The position numbers and the translations under genes are program-made. The notes beneath the pieces are model-generated. The model ran no database searches. It was not told where the DNA came from and saw only the letters and a list, made by a program, of their open reading frames with translations. This document shows, piece by piece, positions 11,402-22,849 of a stretch of 64,000 nt of DNA. The stretch's first letter is position 1. The number at the start of each line of letters is the position of its first letter. This DNA is from Rhodanobacteraceae bacterium. GTDB lineage: Bacteria; Pseudomonadota; Gammaproteobacteria; Xanthomonadales; Rhodanobacteraceae. Location of the stretch: assembly GCA_035699085.1 (NCBI GenBank), contig DASSBG010000004.1, positions 50,281-114,280 on the forward strand, given 5' to 3'.

Positions 11402-12754
11402 TCACGTGGCGCCCTCGTCGCCATCGTTCCGGTGGCGGCTGAGGGCGCGGCGGCGCTGGTCCAGCAACGGTGAGGTGGTGGTGCCGTGGACAGCGACACT
11501 GGCAGCCACGGCGGTGACAACGATGGCCGACACCAACTGCGCGTGTTGCTGGCCGCCATAGCCGTGGGTGAGGGCATAGGCGAGGTAGTTCAGGCTGCCG
11601 ATGCCGCGGATGCCCAGCCAGCCCATCATCAGCCGCCGTTCCCATGGCAGGTGCAGTCCGAAGGTCGCGATCCAGACGGCTGCCGGCCGCACCAGCACGA
11701 ACAGCCAGGCGGCAACCACCAACCCGCGCCAGTCCCAGTTCTGTGCGATCAGCACGCCGAGCAGCAGCATCAGCAGTGTGCCCAGCAGCCGCTCCAGCGT
11801 GCTGCCGAAGCTGAGCGCGCCATGGACCATCTTGCCGACGGCGCCCAACGGCGTCGGCTCGTCCTCGCCGCGCCAGGCCTCCGTACGCCACTCGGCCGGT
11901 GTCGCCGGCACGCTGCGGTCGCTGCCAGCCTGGCCCTCGCGCGTGACGATCGCCATCTCGGTGCGGCGCAGGCCGAGCCCGGCCGCAAAAACCGCGACAT
12001 AGCCAAGGGTCTGTGCGCCCTGCGCCGCGGCGTAGGTCAGCAGCATCAGCGCCAGCATCAGCAGGTCGCCGGGCGCGCCGGCGCGGGTGGTGGTGCGCAG
12101 ACGCACGATGGCATGCCCGGCGATCCAGCCCATGGCATAGCCGATGGCGACGGCGCCCGGGACCGCCCACAGCACATGCAGCAGGAACCAGTGCGACACC
12201 GTCGCAGCGCCGAACCCGGCGTGCAAGGTCGCCAGGCCCAGCAGCAGGAAGGGCAGGGCGGTGCCATCGTTGAAGCCGGCCTCGCCCGACAGCGCGACGT
12301 GCAGGTCGTCGCGGTCGGTGGCGTCGTTGACCGCCACCTGGCTTGCCAGCACCGGGTCGGTCGGCGCCAACATGGCCGACAGCATCAGCGCCAGCGGCCA
12401 GCTCAGGCCCAGGAACAGGTGCAGCGGGACCGTCAGCCCGGCGACCGTCAGCACCATCGCGATCGACGCCAGCCGTCCCGCCGGGCGCCACAGCGCGCTG
12501 GTGAACGGAATGCGCATCTTCAGGCCGCCGATGAACAGCGACACGATCAGCGAGATCTCGGTCAGCCGCTCCAGCCAGTAGGCATCGTCGGGGAAATCGA
12601 TCGACACCAGCCCCAGCACCAGCGGGCCGGCGACGAAGCCGACGGCCATGTAGATCGCGTAGGTGGTGATCGGCAGGTGGCGCACCCAGCCGGAAACCAG
12701 CGAGATTGTCAGCAGCAGCGCGCCGAGCGCCGCCATCCAGGCGAGGAAGCTCAT
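11402..12754 (-). CDS. cation:proton antiporter (Na+/H+ exchanger family)
   Basis: ORF 11402..12883 trimmed to MSFLAWMAALGALLLTISLV. About 11-12 hydrophobic segments. LAPTDPVLASQVAV is the typical exchanger motif. Confidence 0.85.
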   Translation of the reverse strand: MSFLAWMAALGALLLTISLVSGWVRHLPITTYAIYMAVGFVAGPLVLGLVSIDFPDDAYWLERLTEISLIVSLFIGGLKMRIPFTSALWRPAGRLASIAMVLTVAGLTVPLHLFLGLSWPLALMLSAMLAPTDPVLASQVAVNDATDRDDLHVALSGEAGFNDGTALPFLLLGLATLHAGFGAATVSHWFLLHVLWAVPGAVAIGYAMGWIAGHAIVRLRTTTRAGAPGDLLMLALMLLTYAAAQGAQTLGYVAVFAAGLGLRRTEMAIVTREGQAGSDRSVPATPAEWRTEAWRGEDEPTPLGAVGKMVHGALSFGSTLERLLGTLLMLLLGVLIAQNWDWRGLVVAAWLFVLVRPAAVWIATFGLHLPWERRLMMGWLGIRGIGSLNYLAYALTHGYGGQQHAQLVSAIVVTAVAASVAVHGTTTSPLLDQRRRALSRHRNDGDEGAT

Positions 12755-12980
12755 GCGGCCCGCCCGGCCTGCCGGGGGGCGACGCGCCACCTCAACGTGG
12801 CCACCGCCTGCTTCGCCGCTGTCGCGTTCCGCTGCCGGGCCATCCTTCGCTCCTCCTGCATCCTTCGCGGCGCCCGCCGGCATCGCCGGTCAGGCGATCG
12901 TGGCCGTGCCGGAGTACGGCGGCCAGTCAGGCTGGGCTTGCTAATTTCGTGGTGGGGCAATCCAGACGCGGAGACGATCA

Positions 12981-13169
12981 ATGCCAGCCAAGTCAAAAGC
13001 GCAACAGAAAGCGGCGGGTGCCGCCTTGTCGGCCAAGGAAGGTGAAACCAAGGTCGGCGAGCTGCGCGGCGCGTCAAAGTCGATGTACAAGTCGATGAGC
13101 AAGAAGGAGCTGCATGACATGGCTTCGACCAAGCGCAAGGGCAAGCCGGAGCACAAGTCTGATTCCTGA
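12981..13169 (+). CDS. DUF3008-like small protein
   Basis: MPAKSKAQQKAAGAALSAKEGETKVGELRGASKSMYKSMSKKELHDMASTKRKGKPEHKSDS, a conserved small-protein pattern. Confidence 0.65.
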   Translation: MPAKSKAQQKAAGAALSAKEGETKVGELRGASKSMYKSMSKKELHDMASTKRKGKPEHKSDS

Positions 13170-13182
13170 GGTCGTGGGATGA

Positions 13183-13212
13183 CCGCGCGCCGGAGCAAAT
13201 GCCGGCGCGCGG
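13183..13212. terminator. perfect 11-bp GC hairpin between convergent genes
   Basis: CCGCGCGCCGG-agcaaatg-CCGGCGCGCGG. No U-tract. Located between the stops at 13169 (+) and 13220 (-). Confidence 0.45.
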
Positions 13213-13219
13213 CCGCGGG

Positions 13220-13504
13220 TCAGCTGCGGTTGACGAGCTTGCAGAAGGTGCTGTCGCCGCCGCCGGATTTCTCCTGCTGGTAGAGCAGCGCCAGGTTCGC
13301 GCAGTCGAACTTGTCGAACCAGTCGTCCCAGCTGATCGTTTCAAGATCGTCCTTGCCTGCGCCGCCGGGGAAGTCGATGCGCAGGACCCCGGAGTCGTCG
13401 TCGGCGTTGGCGGTACCGCGTACCGTTGCGGGCTTGCCGTCGTGCTGCTCCACCCAGCGCCGGATTTCCTCGTGGTCGGTGGTGGTTTTGGAATGCGATG
13501 CCAT
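13220..13504 (-). CDS. hypothetical protein (94 aa)
   Basis: ORF 13220..13549 trimmed to MASHSKTTTDHEEIRRWVEQHDGKPATV.... Balanced composition and good GC3. Confidence 0.6.
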   Translation of the reverse strand: MASHSKTTTDHEEIRRWVEQHDGKPATVRGTANADDDSGVLRIDFPGGAGKDDLETISWDDWFDKFDCANLALLYQQEKSGGGDSTFCKLVNRS

Positions 13505-13641
13505 GGTTTCGCCTCCGCATGTGGACTGATTGCTGCGCGTGCCGGGCACATCGGCTGCCGGCTGCTGCGTTGCGGGTTTTTTTACGCTGCGCCAGATGAA
13601 CTGGTGCTGTGCCGGCCCGCTCTCGGTGGCTGAAGCGCTGC

Positions 13642-14505
<864 letters not shown>

Positions 14506-14705
14506 GGCGATCTCCTGATGGTCGATCCCTGCACCTTACAAACCCCTCGCCAGCCGCCCGATGAAGCGGCGTGCGGCGCCGTCGCCCGGTTCATGCTGCA
14601 GTTCGCCGGCCCGAGGTGCCGAGACAGGCAATGCGACCGCCCGGCGGCCCGAAGGCGCGTCGGTCGATCCTCAATCGCAAATCCACCGATCCCGGCGCAC
14701 CCGCA

Positions 14706-14734
14706 TTGACAGCCGCGGGGCCAGCGCAGACAAT
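14706..14734 (+). promoter_or_regulatory. candidate sigma70 promoter upstream of tRNA-Gln/prs
   Basis: TTGACA (14706-14711), 17 nt spacer, GACAAT (14729-14734). Lies about 165 nt upstream of tRNA-Gln. Confidence 0.4.
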
Positions 14735-14900
14735 CGCCGCTTCGCTTGCGGTTCAGTACCCGGAATGTGTCCCTGCCGGTCGTCCATGCGCGCCACGCCA
14801 CTGCGGTTGCGGCAGCCAAGGGATTGGAGGGGTGCGGCCCGCTGCGGCCGCCCCGCCTCGCCGCCGCGCAGCCTGCGGCGGCAGCCGGAGCCTTTCGCGA

Positions 14901-14976
14901 TGGGGCGTCGCCAAGTCGGTAAGGCACGGGGTTTTGATCCCCGCATTCGCAGGTTCGAGTCCTGCCGCCCCAGCCA
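14901..14976 (+). tRNA. tRNA-Gln (anticodon UUG)
   Basis: Hand-folded cloverleaf: acceptor TGGGGCG/CGCCCCA, anticodon arm CGGGG-TTTTGAT-CCCCG, T arm GCAGG-TTCGAGT-CCTGC, discriminator G plus encoded CCA. Confidence 0.9.
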
Positions 14977-14991
14977 TCGCCACAGCGAGGA

Positions 14992-15954
14992 ATGCCGATG
15001 ACCGCGCCCGGCCTGTTGCTGTTCACCGGAAATGCGCACCGCGCGCTGGCCGAGGAAATCGGCCATCGACTCGGGGTGCCGCTGGGCAAGGCCCTGGTTG
15101 GCCACTTCAGCGACGGCGAGGTGCAGGTCGAGATCGAGGAGAACGTGCGCGGCCAGGACGTGTTCCTGGTCCAGCCGACCTCGGCACCGGCCGCCGACCA
15201 TCTGATGGAGTTGCTGGCGCTGGCCGATGCGCTGAAGCGTGCCTCGGCCGTCTCCGTGACCGCGGTGATGCCCTATTTCGGATACGCGCGCCAGGACCGC
15301 CGCCAGCGCTCCGAGCGGGTGCCGATCACCGCCAAGCTGGTGGCCAAGATGATCAGCGCTGCCGGCGTCGACCGCGTGCTGACCGTGGACTTGCATGCCG
15401 ACCAGATCCAGGGTTTTTTCGATATCCCGGTCGACAACGTCTATGCCTCGCCGGTGCTGCTGGCCGACATCTGGCGCCACCAGGACCGCGACCACCTGAT
15501 CGTGGTCAGCCCCGACGTCGGTGGCGTGCTGCGCGCGAGGGCCATCGCCAAGCGCCTCGACGACGCCGAGCTGGCGATCATCGACAAGCGCCGGCCGCGC
15601 GCGAATGAGGTGGCGGTGATGAACATCATCGGTGACGTCCGCGGCCGCACCTGCGTGCTGGTGGACGACATCGTCGACACTGCCGGCACGCTCTGCGCGG
15701 CGGCCGCGGCGCTGAAGGAGAACGGCGCCCGCAAGGTTGTGGCGTACTGCGTGCATCCGGTGCTGTCCGGGACGGCCGTGGCGCGCGTTGATGGTTCCCA
15801 GCTCGACGAGCTGATCGTCACCGACACCATTCCGCTGCGGCCGGAGGCCGAGGGCTGCCGCAAGATCCGGGTGCTGGCGGTAGCCGAGCTGCTGGCCGAG
15901 ACCGTGCGGCGCATCGCCTTCCGCGAGTCGGTCAGTTCGCTCTACGTCGACTGA
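14992..15954 (+). CDS. prs: ribose-phosphate pyrophosphokinase
   Basis: [16 protein letters not shown]...[10 protein letters not shown]...[13 protein letters not shown]...[11 protein letters not shown] (PRPP-binding loop). A second ATG lies at 14998. Confidence 0.97.
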   Translation: MPMTAPGLLLFTGNAHRALAEEIGHRLGVPLGKALVGHFSDGEVQVEIEENVRGQDVFLVQPTSAPAADHLMELLALADALKRASAVSVTAVMPYFGYARQDRRQRSERVPITAKLVAKMISAAGVDRVLTVDLHADQIQGFFDIPVDNVYASPVLLADIWRHQDRDHLIVVSPDVGGVLRARAIAKRLDDAELAIIDKRRPRANEVAVMNIIGDVRGRTCVLVDDIVDTAGTLCAAAAALKENGARKVVAYCVHPVLSGTAVARVDGSQLDELIVTDTIPLRPEAEGCRKIRVLAVAELLAETVRRIAFRESVSSLYVD

Positions 15955-16058
15955 GCCGGCCCCGCCGGCCGCGGCGGCCTGTTTGGCGGCAACGATGGGC
16001 CGCGGCGGCTGAAACCCGCCCCGTCCCCTGCTCCCAGTCCCTGCGCCCTGCTCCCTGC

Positions 16059-16190
16059 TATAATGCCCGGCTTTTCCCGCGCTTCGTCCGGCCGCCTCCG
16101 CGGCCGGCTGCGCACAACCCGACTTTCCTGGTCGCGGGAAAGTCAACCAGCCGCTGCGAGGCGGCCAATGCAACCAAGGGCAACAAGCTA
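16059..16190 (+). promoter_or_regulatory. candidate promoter (perfect TATAAT) and structured 5' leader of rplY
   Basis: TATAAT at 16059-16064. Two hairpins in the leader: CCGGCCGC-ctcc-GCGGCCGG (16088-16107) and GACTTTCC-tggtcgcg-GGAAAGTC (16121-16144). Confidence 0.4.
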
Positions 16191-16862
16191 ATGGCAACCA
16201 GACACGAGATGACCGCGCAGCCGCGCAGCGACGAAGGCAAAGGTGCGAGCCGCCGCCTGCGTCGGGCCGGCATGGTCCCGGCCATCATTTACGGCGGGGC
16301 GGAAAAGCCGCAGTCGATCCAGTTCGAGCACGAGGCGGTGGTGCTTGCCGCGCGCAACGAGTGGTTCCTTTCCTCGATCCTCGATCTGTCGATCGGCGGC
16401 AAGAAGCAGAAGGTGTTGCTGCGTGACCTGCAGAAGCATCCGTTCAAGCAGCAGATCATGCACATGGATTTCCAGCGGGTCAGCGAGAACGAGGCAGTGC
16501 GCGTCAACGTGCCGCTGCACTTCGTGAACCAGGAGGTCTCGCCGGCGCACAAGATGGCCGGCGTGGTGGTGTCGCACAACCTCACCGAGGTCGAGGTGTC
16601 CTGCCTGCCCAAGGACCTGCCGGAGCACATCGACGTCGACCTGGCCGAACTGAAGCAGGGCGACCTGGTGCACCTGTCGGACCTGGTGCTGCCGCCGGGC
16701 GTCGAGATCGCGCTGCTGAAGTTCGGCAAGGAATACGACCAGACGGTGGTGTCGGCCCACGCCATGCGCGAGGAAGTCGAGGAAACGCCGGAGGTGCCCG
16801 CCGAGGGCGCGGCCGCGCCGGAGGCTGGTGCGCCGGCAGCCGACGAAGGCGAGAAGAAGTAA
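16191..16862 (+). CDS. rplY: 50S ribosomal protein L25 / general stress protein Ctc
   Basis: RLRRAGMVPAIIYGG...VLLRDLQKHPFKQQIMHMDFQRV with an acidic C-terminal extension, the long Ctc form. Confidence 0.95.
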   Translation: MATRHEMTAQPRSDEGKGASRRLRRAGMVPAIIYGGAEKPQSIQFEHEAVVLAARNEWFLSSILDLSIGGKKQKVLLRDLQKHPFKQQIMHMDFQRVSENEAVRVNVPLHFVNQEVSPAHKMAGVVVSHNLTEVEVSCLPKDLPEHIDVDLAELKQGDLVHLSDLVLPPGVEIALLKFGKEYDQTVVSAHAMREEVEETPEVPAEGAAAPEAGAPAADEGEKK

Positions 16863-16940
16863 GCCGCTGCGCACGCGCCGCATCAGGAGGCTGGATGGTT
16901 TTACCGCCCGGGCTCCTGCGGCGCGGCGCGTTCGGCGTGC

Positions 16941-17558
16941 GTGGATGCTGCCGTGACGGATCTGCAACTCATCGTTGGGCTGGGCAATCCGGGCGCCGAA
17001 TACCTGCGCACGCGGCACAACGTCGGATTCTGGTTTGCCGATGCGCTGGCCCAGGCGGCAGGGGCGCGGTTCGCGGCCGCGCCCAAGCTTCACGGTGAGG
17101 CCTGCAAGCTGGAGGTGGCCGGCAAGCCGCTGTGGCTGCTCAAGCCAGCCACGTTCATGAACGAGAGCGGCCGCTCGGTCTCGGCGGCGCTGCGCTACTA
17201 CAAGCTTGAACCGGCGCAGTGCCTCGTGGTCCATGACGACCTTGACCTGCCGCCGGGCACGGCGCGGCTGAAGTTCGACGGTGGCCACGGCGGCCAGAAC
17301 GGCCTGCGCGACATCATCCGCCATGCCGGCAGCGGATTCCACCGGCTGCGCATCGGCATCGGGCATCCGGGTCACAGGGACCGCGTGCTGCCCTGGGTGC
17401 TGGGCAAGCCCTCGGCACAGGACGAGGAGGCCATGGTCGACGCCGTCCGCCGCTCGCTCGACGTGCTTCCGCTTGCCGTCGCCGGCGACCTCAACGAGGC
17501 GATGAAGAGGCTGCACACCGAAAGCCGGGACCCGGGACCCGGGACCCGGGACCCGTGA
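16941..17558 (+). CDS. pth: peptidyl-tRNA hydrolase
   Basis: LIVGLGNPGAEYLRTRHNVGFWF...HDDLDLPPG..RLKFDGGHGGQNGLRD. An alternative GTG start lies at 16953. The last ~10 codons ([11 protein letters not shown]) are encoded by the (GGGACCC)4 array. Confidence 0.93.
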   Translation: MDAAVTDLQLIVGLGNPGAEYLRTRHNVGFWFADALAQAAGARFAAAPKLHGEACKLEVAGKPLWLLKPATFMNESGRSVSAALRYYKLEPAQCLVVHDDLDLPPGTARLKFDGGHGGQNGLRDIIRHAGSGFHRLRIGIGHPGHRDRVLPWVLGKPSAQDEEAMVDAVRRSLDVLPLAVAGDLNEAMKRLHTESRDPGPGTRDP

Positions 17559-17751
17559 AGGCAGGATCCGGAGCGCCGGAATTTCTGCGAGTTCCGACGC
17601 GAAGTAACGCGATAGCTTGGGCCCTCTTGCGCAGTTGTTGTGCGAAGTCTGACTCTGCGACGTAACTGCTTCCCGGGGTCCCGGGTCCCGGGTCCCGGTC
17701 CCGGTCCCGAGTCCCGGCCCAATCGAAACCCGGGTCCAAACCGAGTCCCGG
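17527..17751. repeat. composite heptamer-array element ((GGGACCC)4 / 119-bp core / (GGGTCCC)n)
   Basis: Left arm 17527-17554. Right arm 17675-17717, with degenerate units continuing to 17751. The arms are reverse complements. Confidence 0.9.
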
Positions 17752-17779
17752 TAGTAACCAGCCTCAGGAGTCCCCACCC

Positions 17780-18871
17780 ATGGGCATCAAATGCGGCATC
17801 GTGGGCTTGCCCAACGTTGGCAAGTCGACCCTGTTCAATGCGCTGACCAAGGCGGGCATCGCCGCGGCCAACTTCCCCTTCTGCACCATCGAGCCCAACG
17901 TCGGCGTGGTGCCGGTTCCGGACCAGCGGCTCGGCGTGCTGGCCGGCATCTGCAAGCCGCAGAAGGTGATCCCCGCGGCGGTCGAGTTCGTCGACATCGC
18001 CGGGCTGGTGGCCGGGGCCTCGAAAGGCGAGGGCCTGGGTAACAAGTTCCTGGCGCATATCCGCGAGGTCGATGCCATCGCCCACGTCGTGCGCTGTTTC
18101 GAGCATGGCGACATCGTGCACGTGGCGGGCAGGATCGACCCGGTGGCCGACATCGAGACCATCGACACCGAGTTGGCGCTGGCCGATCTTGAATCGGTCG
18201 AGAAGGCACTGAACCGCGCCGAACGCGCGGCCAAGGCCAATGACAAGGACGCGTTGGCGCGCAAGCCGGTGTTGCAGAAGCTGGCGACGGCGCTGGGCGA
18301 GGGCCGCTCCGCGCGGAGCGCCGGGCTCGACGAGGAGGAGCGTGCGCTGGTGCGCGACCTGTTCCTGCTGACGCTGAAGCCGTTGATGTACATCGCCAAC
18401 GTGCGCGAGGACGGCTTCGTCGACAACCCGCACCTGGATGCGGTACGCGCGCGCGCTGCGGCCGAGGGCGCCGAGGTGGTGCCGGTATGCGCCGCCATCG
18501 AGGAAGAGATGGCGCAGCTGGATGATGCCGATCGCGACGAGTTCCTCGCCGACCTCGGGCTGGAGGAGCCGGGCCTGGACCGGGTCATACGCGCCGCCTA
18601 TACGCTGCTTGGCCTGGAAACCTACTTCACCGCCGGCGAAAAGGAAGTGCGCGCCTGGACGGTGCGCAAGGGCTCGACCGCGCCGCAGGCGGCCGGCGTG
18701 ATCCACAGCGACTTCGAGAAGGGCTTCATCCGCGCCGAGACCGTCAGCTACGACGACTTCGTCAAGTACCGGGGCGAATCCGGCGCCCGCGACGCCGGCC
18801 GCCTGCGCACCGAGGGCAAGTCGTACATCGTCCAGGAGGGCGACGTCCTGCATTTCCTTTTCAACGTCTGA
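17780..18871 (+). CDS. ychF: redox-regulated ATPase YchF
   Basis: [23 protein letters not shown] with a C-terminal TGS-like ...[18 protein letters not shown]. Confidence 0.97.
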   Translation: MGIKCGIVGLPNVGKSTLFNALTKAGIAAANFPFCTIEPNVGVVPVPDQRLGVLAGICKPQKVIPAAVEFVDIAGLVAGASKGEGLGNKFLAHIREVDAIAHVVRCFEHGDIVHVAGRIDPVADIETIDTELALADLESVEKALNRAERAAKANDKDALARKPVLQKLATALGEGRSARSAGLDEEERALVRDLFLLTLKPLMYIANVREDGFVDNPHLDAVRARAAAEGAEVVPVCAAIEEEMAQLDDADRDEFLADLGLEEPGLDRVIRAAYTLLGLETYFTAGEKEVRAWTVRKGSTAPQAAGVIHSDFEKGFIRAETVSYDDFVKYRGESGARDAGRLRTEGKSYIVQEGDVLHFLFNV

Positions 18872-18877
18872 AGGGCC

Positions 18878-19160
18878 GGGAATGGGGAATGGGGAATGGG
18901 GCGCCGCCGCGGCGGACGCGGCGATGCCGAGAGTCGGTGACCCGTGACCCTGACCCGTGACCCGTGACCCGTGACCCGTGACCCGCAAAGCGGTGGTCGC
19001 GAGCTTGAGCTGCGCAAAGCAGCCCCAGGATTTCCCGGCATCGCGTCGTTTTGCGCAAGTAAGCCCGGACACACCAACGCTCCGGATTTTGCCTCTACGG
19101 GGTCCCGGGTCCCCGGTCCCGGGTCCCGGGTCGCCTGACCCGCACAATCACGAATCCCGG
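18878..19160. repeat. composite heptamer-array element ((GGGAATG)3, (GTGACCC)7 / 114-bp core / (GGGTCCC)n)
   Basis: GGGAATG x3 at 18878-18901. GTGACCC x7 (one 6-nt unit) at 18937-18984. GGGGTCCCGGGTCCCCGGTCCCGGGTCCCGGG at 19099-19142. The core is homologous, in reverse orientation, to the 17556-17674 core. Confidence 0.9.
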
Positions 19161-19171
19161 CGCTACCGGCG

Positions 19172-19762
19172 CTACCGGCGCCTGCGCGGGAGGTGGTGCC
19201 GCAGGAACTCCATCTGGTCGGCGAGAATGTTGCGGTTGGAGAGGATCAGGTGCTCGACCCAGCTCGGCCGGTAGGGCACGGCCAGCAGCGGCATGTTGGC
19301 CTGCTGCGGCGTGCGGTTGCTCTTGCGGATGTTGCAGGCGATGCAGGCGGTGACGACGTTTTCCCAGCAGTCCGCGCCGCGTCGGGAGAGCGGCAACACG
19401 TGGTCGCGGGTCAGCTGGCCGCGCGGAAAGTGGTCGCCGCAGTACATGCACAGGTGGCGGTCGCGGGCGAACAGCGCGGCGTTGGTCAGCGCCGGCGCCG
19501 GGTCGATCAGGCGGTCATGGCAATGACCGGTGCTGGCAACGATCGGGTGCAGGCGGATCACGCTTTGGCGGCCGTCGTCGCGCTGATGGCCGCCGTGGAC
19601 CGTCAGGCAGGGATCGCCGAGCGTCCAGGCCACCGCCTCGCGTACGTAGAGGCAGACGGCATCCTGCCAGCTGATCCAGTCAAGGATGCGGCCGGTGACG
19701 TCCAGCGACAGGACGCGGGTGGCTTCCAGATCGTTCAGCGTTTGCGGTATTCGGGCGAGCAT
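19172..19762 (-). CDS. HNH endonuclease family protein
   Basis: ORF 19172..19774 trimmed to MLARIPQ. Contains CMYCGDHF...LTRDHVLPLSRRG...WENVVTACIACNIRKSN (HNH/CxxC motifs). Confidence 0.85.
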   Translation of the reverse strand: MLARIPQTLNDLEATRVLSLDVTGRILDWISWQDAVCLYVREAVAWTLGDPCLTVHGGHQRDDGRQSVIRLHPIVASTGHCHDRLIDPAPALTNAALFARDRHLCMYCGDHFPRGQLTRDHVLPLSRRGADCWENVVTACIACNIRKSNRTPQQANMPLLAVPYRPSWVEHLILSNRNILADQMEFLRHHLPRRRR

Positions 19763-19875
19763 GCGAACTCCCATGCCGCGCCGCCTGTGACGGTGCGGTT
19801 GGCAATGTCCGCGCCAGCATAGCGCAATCGCGCGGCGCAGCGGAAGCTGGCACCGCGCGTGTCATCGTGCCCGTC

Positions 19876-20763
19876 TCAGCCGATTTGCGCCTCGCGGGTG
19901 ATCTCGCCCATGCGGCCGTTCTGGTAGTCGACGAAGGCCTGGCGCAGCTCGGCCTGATTGTTCATCACGAACGGCCCGTGGCGGGCCACCGGCTCGTTCA
20001 GCGGCTTGCCGGCCAGCAACAGCAGGCGGGCATCCTGCTCGCCATTGTTGCGCAGGCGCACGCTGTCGCCGTCGCCGAGCATGCCGAGGCAACCATCGTC
20101 GACGCGGATGCCGTTGTCGCCGACGGTCGCCGCGCCGCCGAACACGTAGACCATCGCCTGCTCCTCGGCCGCCACCGCGGTGCTGACGTCGGCGCCGGGC
20201 TTGAGCGTCCAGTCCTGCAGCACGATCGGGATGCGCGTATCGATGCGCGCTTCGGCGCCCAGCGCCGTGCCAGCAATGACGCGCACGCTGGCCAGGCCGT
20301 CCTCGCTGTGGCCGACCGGAATCTCGGCGGCCGACAGCTCCTGGTAGCGTGGCCGCATCAGCTTGTCGCTGGCCAGCAGGTTGACCCAGATCTGGAAGCC
20401 GTGGATGCGCCCGCCCTTGGTGCGGATTTCGGCCGAAGGCATCTCCGAATGCACCACGCCGGCGCCGGCGGTCATCCACTGCACGTCGCCCGGCCGGATG
20501 CGGCCGCGGTGGCCGGCCGAGTCCTCGTGCTCGAATTCGCCCTCCAGCATGTAGGTGACGGTCTCGAAGCCGCGGTGCGGGTGATCCGGCGCGCCGACCG
20601 CCTCGCCCGGGGCGTAGTCGGCCGGGCCCATTTCGTCGATCAGCAGGAACGGATCGGCCATGTCGCGGCCGGCGCTGGGGAAGGGCCGGCGGACGATGAA
20701 ACCGCCGCCTTCACGCTGGCGGTGGGCGGTGCTGATGGTCTTGACTTCGCGAAGCTCGCTCAT
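19876..20763 (-). CDS. pirin family protein
   Basis: Trimmed to MSELREV. Contains PDHPHRGFETVTYMLEGEFEHEDSAGHRG...DVQWMTAGAGVVHSEMP. Confidence 0.93.
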   Translation of the reverse strand: MSELREVKTISTAHRQREGGGFIVRRPFPSAGRDMADPFLLIDEMGPADYAPGEAVGAPDHPHRGFETVTYMLEGEFEHEDSAGHRGRIRPGDVQWMTAGAGVVHSEMPSAEIRTKGGRIHGFQIWVNLLASDKLMRPRYQELSAAEIPVGHSEDGLASVRVIAGTALGAEARIDTRIPIVLQDWTLKPGADVSTAVAAEEQAMVYVFGGAATVGDNGIRVDDGCLGMLGDGDSVRLRNNGEQDARLLLLAGKPLNEPVARHGPFVMNNQAELRQAFVDYQNGRMGEITREAQIG

Positions 20764-20837
20764 GGCGCACACCCTCAATGCTCAATGCATGGAAGATGGA
20801 TGCGCCGGCAGGCGAAAACAAGCGCAGGCGGGCGCCC

Positions 20838-22849
<2,012 letters not shown>

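Noticed and set aside
14901-14976. tRNA-Gln (and tRNA-Phe at 28787) as integration sites for genomic islands
   Set aside because: There is no integrase or excisionase, no direct repeat of either tRNA 3' end that I could spot, and the atypical 7.4-kb block lies on the 5' side of tRNA-Gln.
16188-19147. 529-aa and 591-aa minus-strand ORFs (16188..17777 and 17372..19147)
   Set aside because: They are antisense to rplY, pth and ychF and read straight through the heptamer arrays (GPGTGDPGPR..., VTGHGSRVTG...). They have no motifs and the composition is non-protein-like.
19161-19180. GCTACCGGC GCTACCGGC direct repeat at the HNH gene end (similar GCTACCGCGTTACCGC at 31281-31296)
   Set aside because: It has only two units. 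It is probably part of the same intergenic repeat system rather than a separate feature, and there is not enough evidence for an independent role.
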